DNA of 63,943 bases, counting the filler, from Octopus bimaculoides (lineage: Eukaryota), in the NCBI RefSeq assembly GCF_001194135.2. It is 6 parts of 5 records of this genome, joined end to end, with 100 filler letters (N's around TTAATTAATTAA, not from the genome) between each part and the next. Parts side by side here need not be neighbours in the genome. Positions count along the whole stretch, not along the records: positions 62,277 to 63,943 come from NC_068982.1; 5 more parts are not named here. One strand, written 5' to 3'. Below the pieces are notes generated by a model, which saw only the letters and a program-made list of their open reading frames with translations, was not told where the DNA came from and did no database searches. Shown piece after piece: positions 62,681 through 63,943 of the stretch. Position numbers and translations under genes: made by a program. Numbering within the stretch: the first letter of the stretch is position 1; each line of letters begins with the position of its first letter.

Positions 62681-63227
62681 TGCCCTAATACAGTACCAGG
62701 CACTGGCTCCCATGGATTCTGATCTTAACTGATTGCAAGTGATATCATGTACATGTTCTGTCTTGGTATAAAAGATGGCCTACAGTAAATATTCTACTCA
62801 ATACCACATATTTGCTTGTCATTTGTTTAACCTTAACCACTTGAGCATGTCCCTTGGTGGCTGACGATATGTGGATCTCTGATCACGAGCAGAAATAGTA
62901 GGGAACATCAAAGCTAAGTGTTGAGAGGAATTCTTTGGGGTTTGAATAATTCACCTCTGGAAACTTGGGTGTTTAGTTCAACAACCATAAACAACCCTTA
63001 TTCAGGGACCTTTTGCGCGGGATGGGCTACTCGACCTGAAGAATACTGGGCCCTACCTGCAAGGTCATGCGCTATTTATTTTGATATGAAATCACCATGT
63101 CGCTCACATATGATTGTGATATAAGTGCTTGGTGTACCCTTATCAGACGGGTAGTCCTGATGAGTATGCTGGGCTTCGTATATTTTACCCCAGTGTCACT
63201 TTGATGGCATGCACTGCTCTCTCACTC
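62681..63227. mobile_element. ~550-bp non-coding interspersed element bounded on both sides by (AAT)n
   Basis: Flanked by AAT arrays at 62626-62680 and 63228-63248; positions ~62783-62947 match ~12484-12638. Confidence 0.7.
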
Positions 63228-63240
63228 AATAATAATAGTA

Positions 63241-63531
63241 ATAATAACACCTGCTTACTGATAGGCATTGCAGTTCCTTCTGATCAACATATTGTTAAAA
63301 AAGAAGTAGAGTAATTGTCGATGTACAAAGACCTCGAAATTGAAGCGTTCAAAATGTGGGGAATGAAAGGAAAATCAATACTCATAGTAATTGGAGCATT
63401 GGGTATGATAAAAAATCATATGAACAAAAATGTAGAAGCTTTTTCTGGATCCTCAACCCTACACAGTGTCCAAAAAAATAGCTCTGCTAGGAACAGCCCA
63501 CATCTTACGCAAGACACTATCAATCCAATAA
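63241..63531 (+). mobile_element. R4/Dong-like element, RLE endonuclease C-terminus (inactivated)
   Basis: NNTCLLIGIAVPSDQHIVKKEVE*LSMYKDLEIEAFKMWGMK...IVIGALG...(frameshift)QKIALLGTAHILRKTLSIQ*. Confidence 0.88.
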
Positions 63532-63575
63532 TATAATCTAAACAAAACAACTCACAAATACAAGATACACTCTAT

Positions 63576-63943
63576 ACAGCATTTACCAAGGAAATAGATA
63601 TGAAATTCGGATTAGAAAAATGTGCCAAAGCAACCCTGAAAAGAAGAAAATTGGTTAAAAGTAGCAATATAACACTAGATAAAGCCAATGAAATAAGAGA
63701 ACTAGACGAAAGCCAACCATATAAGTATTTAGGAGTCAATGAACTAGATAGGATACAACATACACAAATGAAAGAAAAAATAAAGAAAGAGTACTATAGA
63801 CGAGTTAGATCAATACTAAAAACAGAGCTCAATGCTAAAAACAAGATAATGGGTATCAACACTTTAACTGTCCCAGTTATAAGCTACAGCTACAACATCT
63901 TTAACTGGACACTAAACGAACTATGTAAAATAGACAGGAAACC
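63576..63943 (+). mobile_element. Second, 5'-truncated R4/Dong-like copy: RT C-terminal motifs and thumb, running off the window end
   Basis: Stop-free TAFTKEIDMKFGLEKCAKATLKR...PYKYLGVNE...MKEKIKKEYYRRVRSILKTELNAKNKIMGINTLTVPVISYSY..FNWTLNELCKIDRK. Confidence 0.9.

Noticed and set aside
63100-63227. Possible HDV-like ribozyme at the end of the AAT-flanked element (TACCC/GGGTA hairpin)
   Set aside because: Could not assemble the P1-P2-P3-P1.1 double pseudoknot by eye.

Overview
AT-rich, microsatellite-saturated animal DNA from a fragmented assembly: about 6.8 kb (roughly 10%) is N, and there are five artificial 100-bp N44-TTAATTAATTAA-N44 joins. The SINE repertoire and repeat texture point to an octopus genome (inference from recognised repeat families, not a database hit). 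The only confidently identifiable host coding sequence is one minus-strand exon (2065-2231) encoding the transmembrane helix and membrane-proximal tail of an integrin beta subunit; no other integrin exon was recognised. The rest is non-coding: dozens of tRNA-derived or LINE-tailed SINEs, two dead mariner transposases, piggyBac-like TTAA-flanked MITEs, an RTE-like RT fragment, and R4/Dong-like non-LTR fragments at the right end. The most notable unexplained structure is a minimal type I hammerhead ribozyme motif (minus strand, 34451-34493) at the apex of a ~140-nt rod-like hairpin whose G-U wobbles work only on that strand. Two more degenerate hammerhead-like motifs with unrelated stems occur at about 43.8 kb and 48.5 kb. 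Nearly all long ORFs in the supplied track are microsatellite or N-gap artefacts. There is no CRISPR array, rRNA gene or true tRNA gene.
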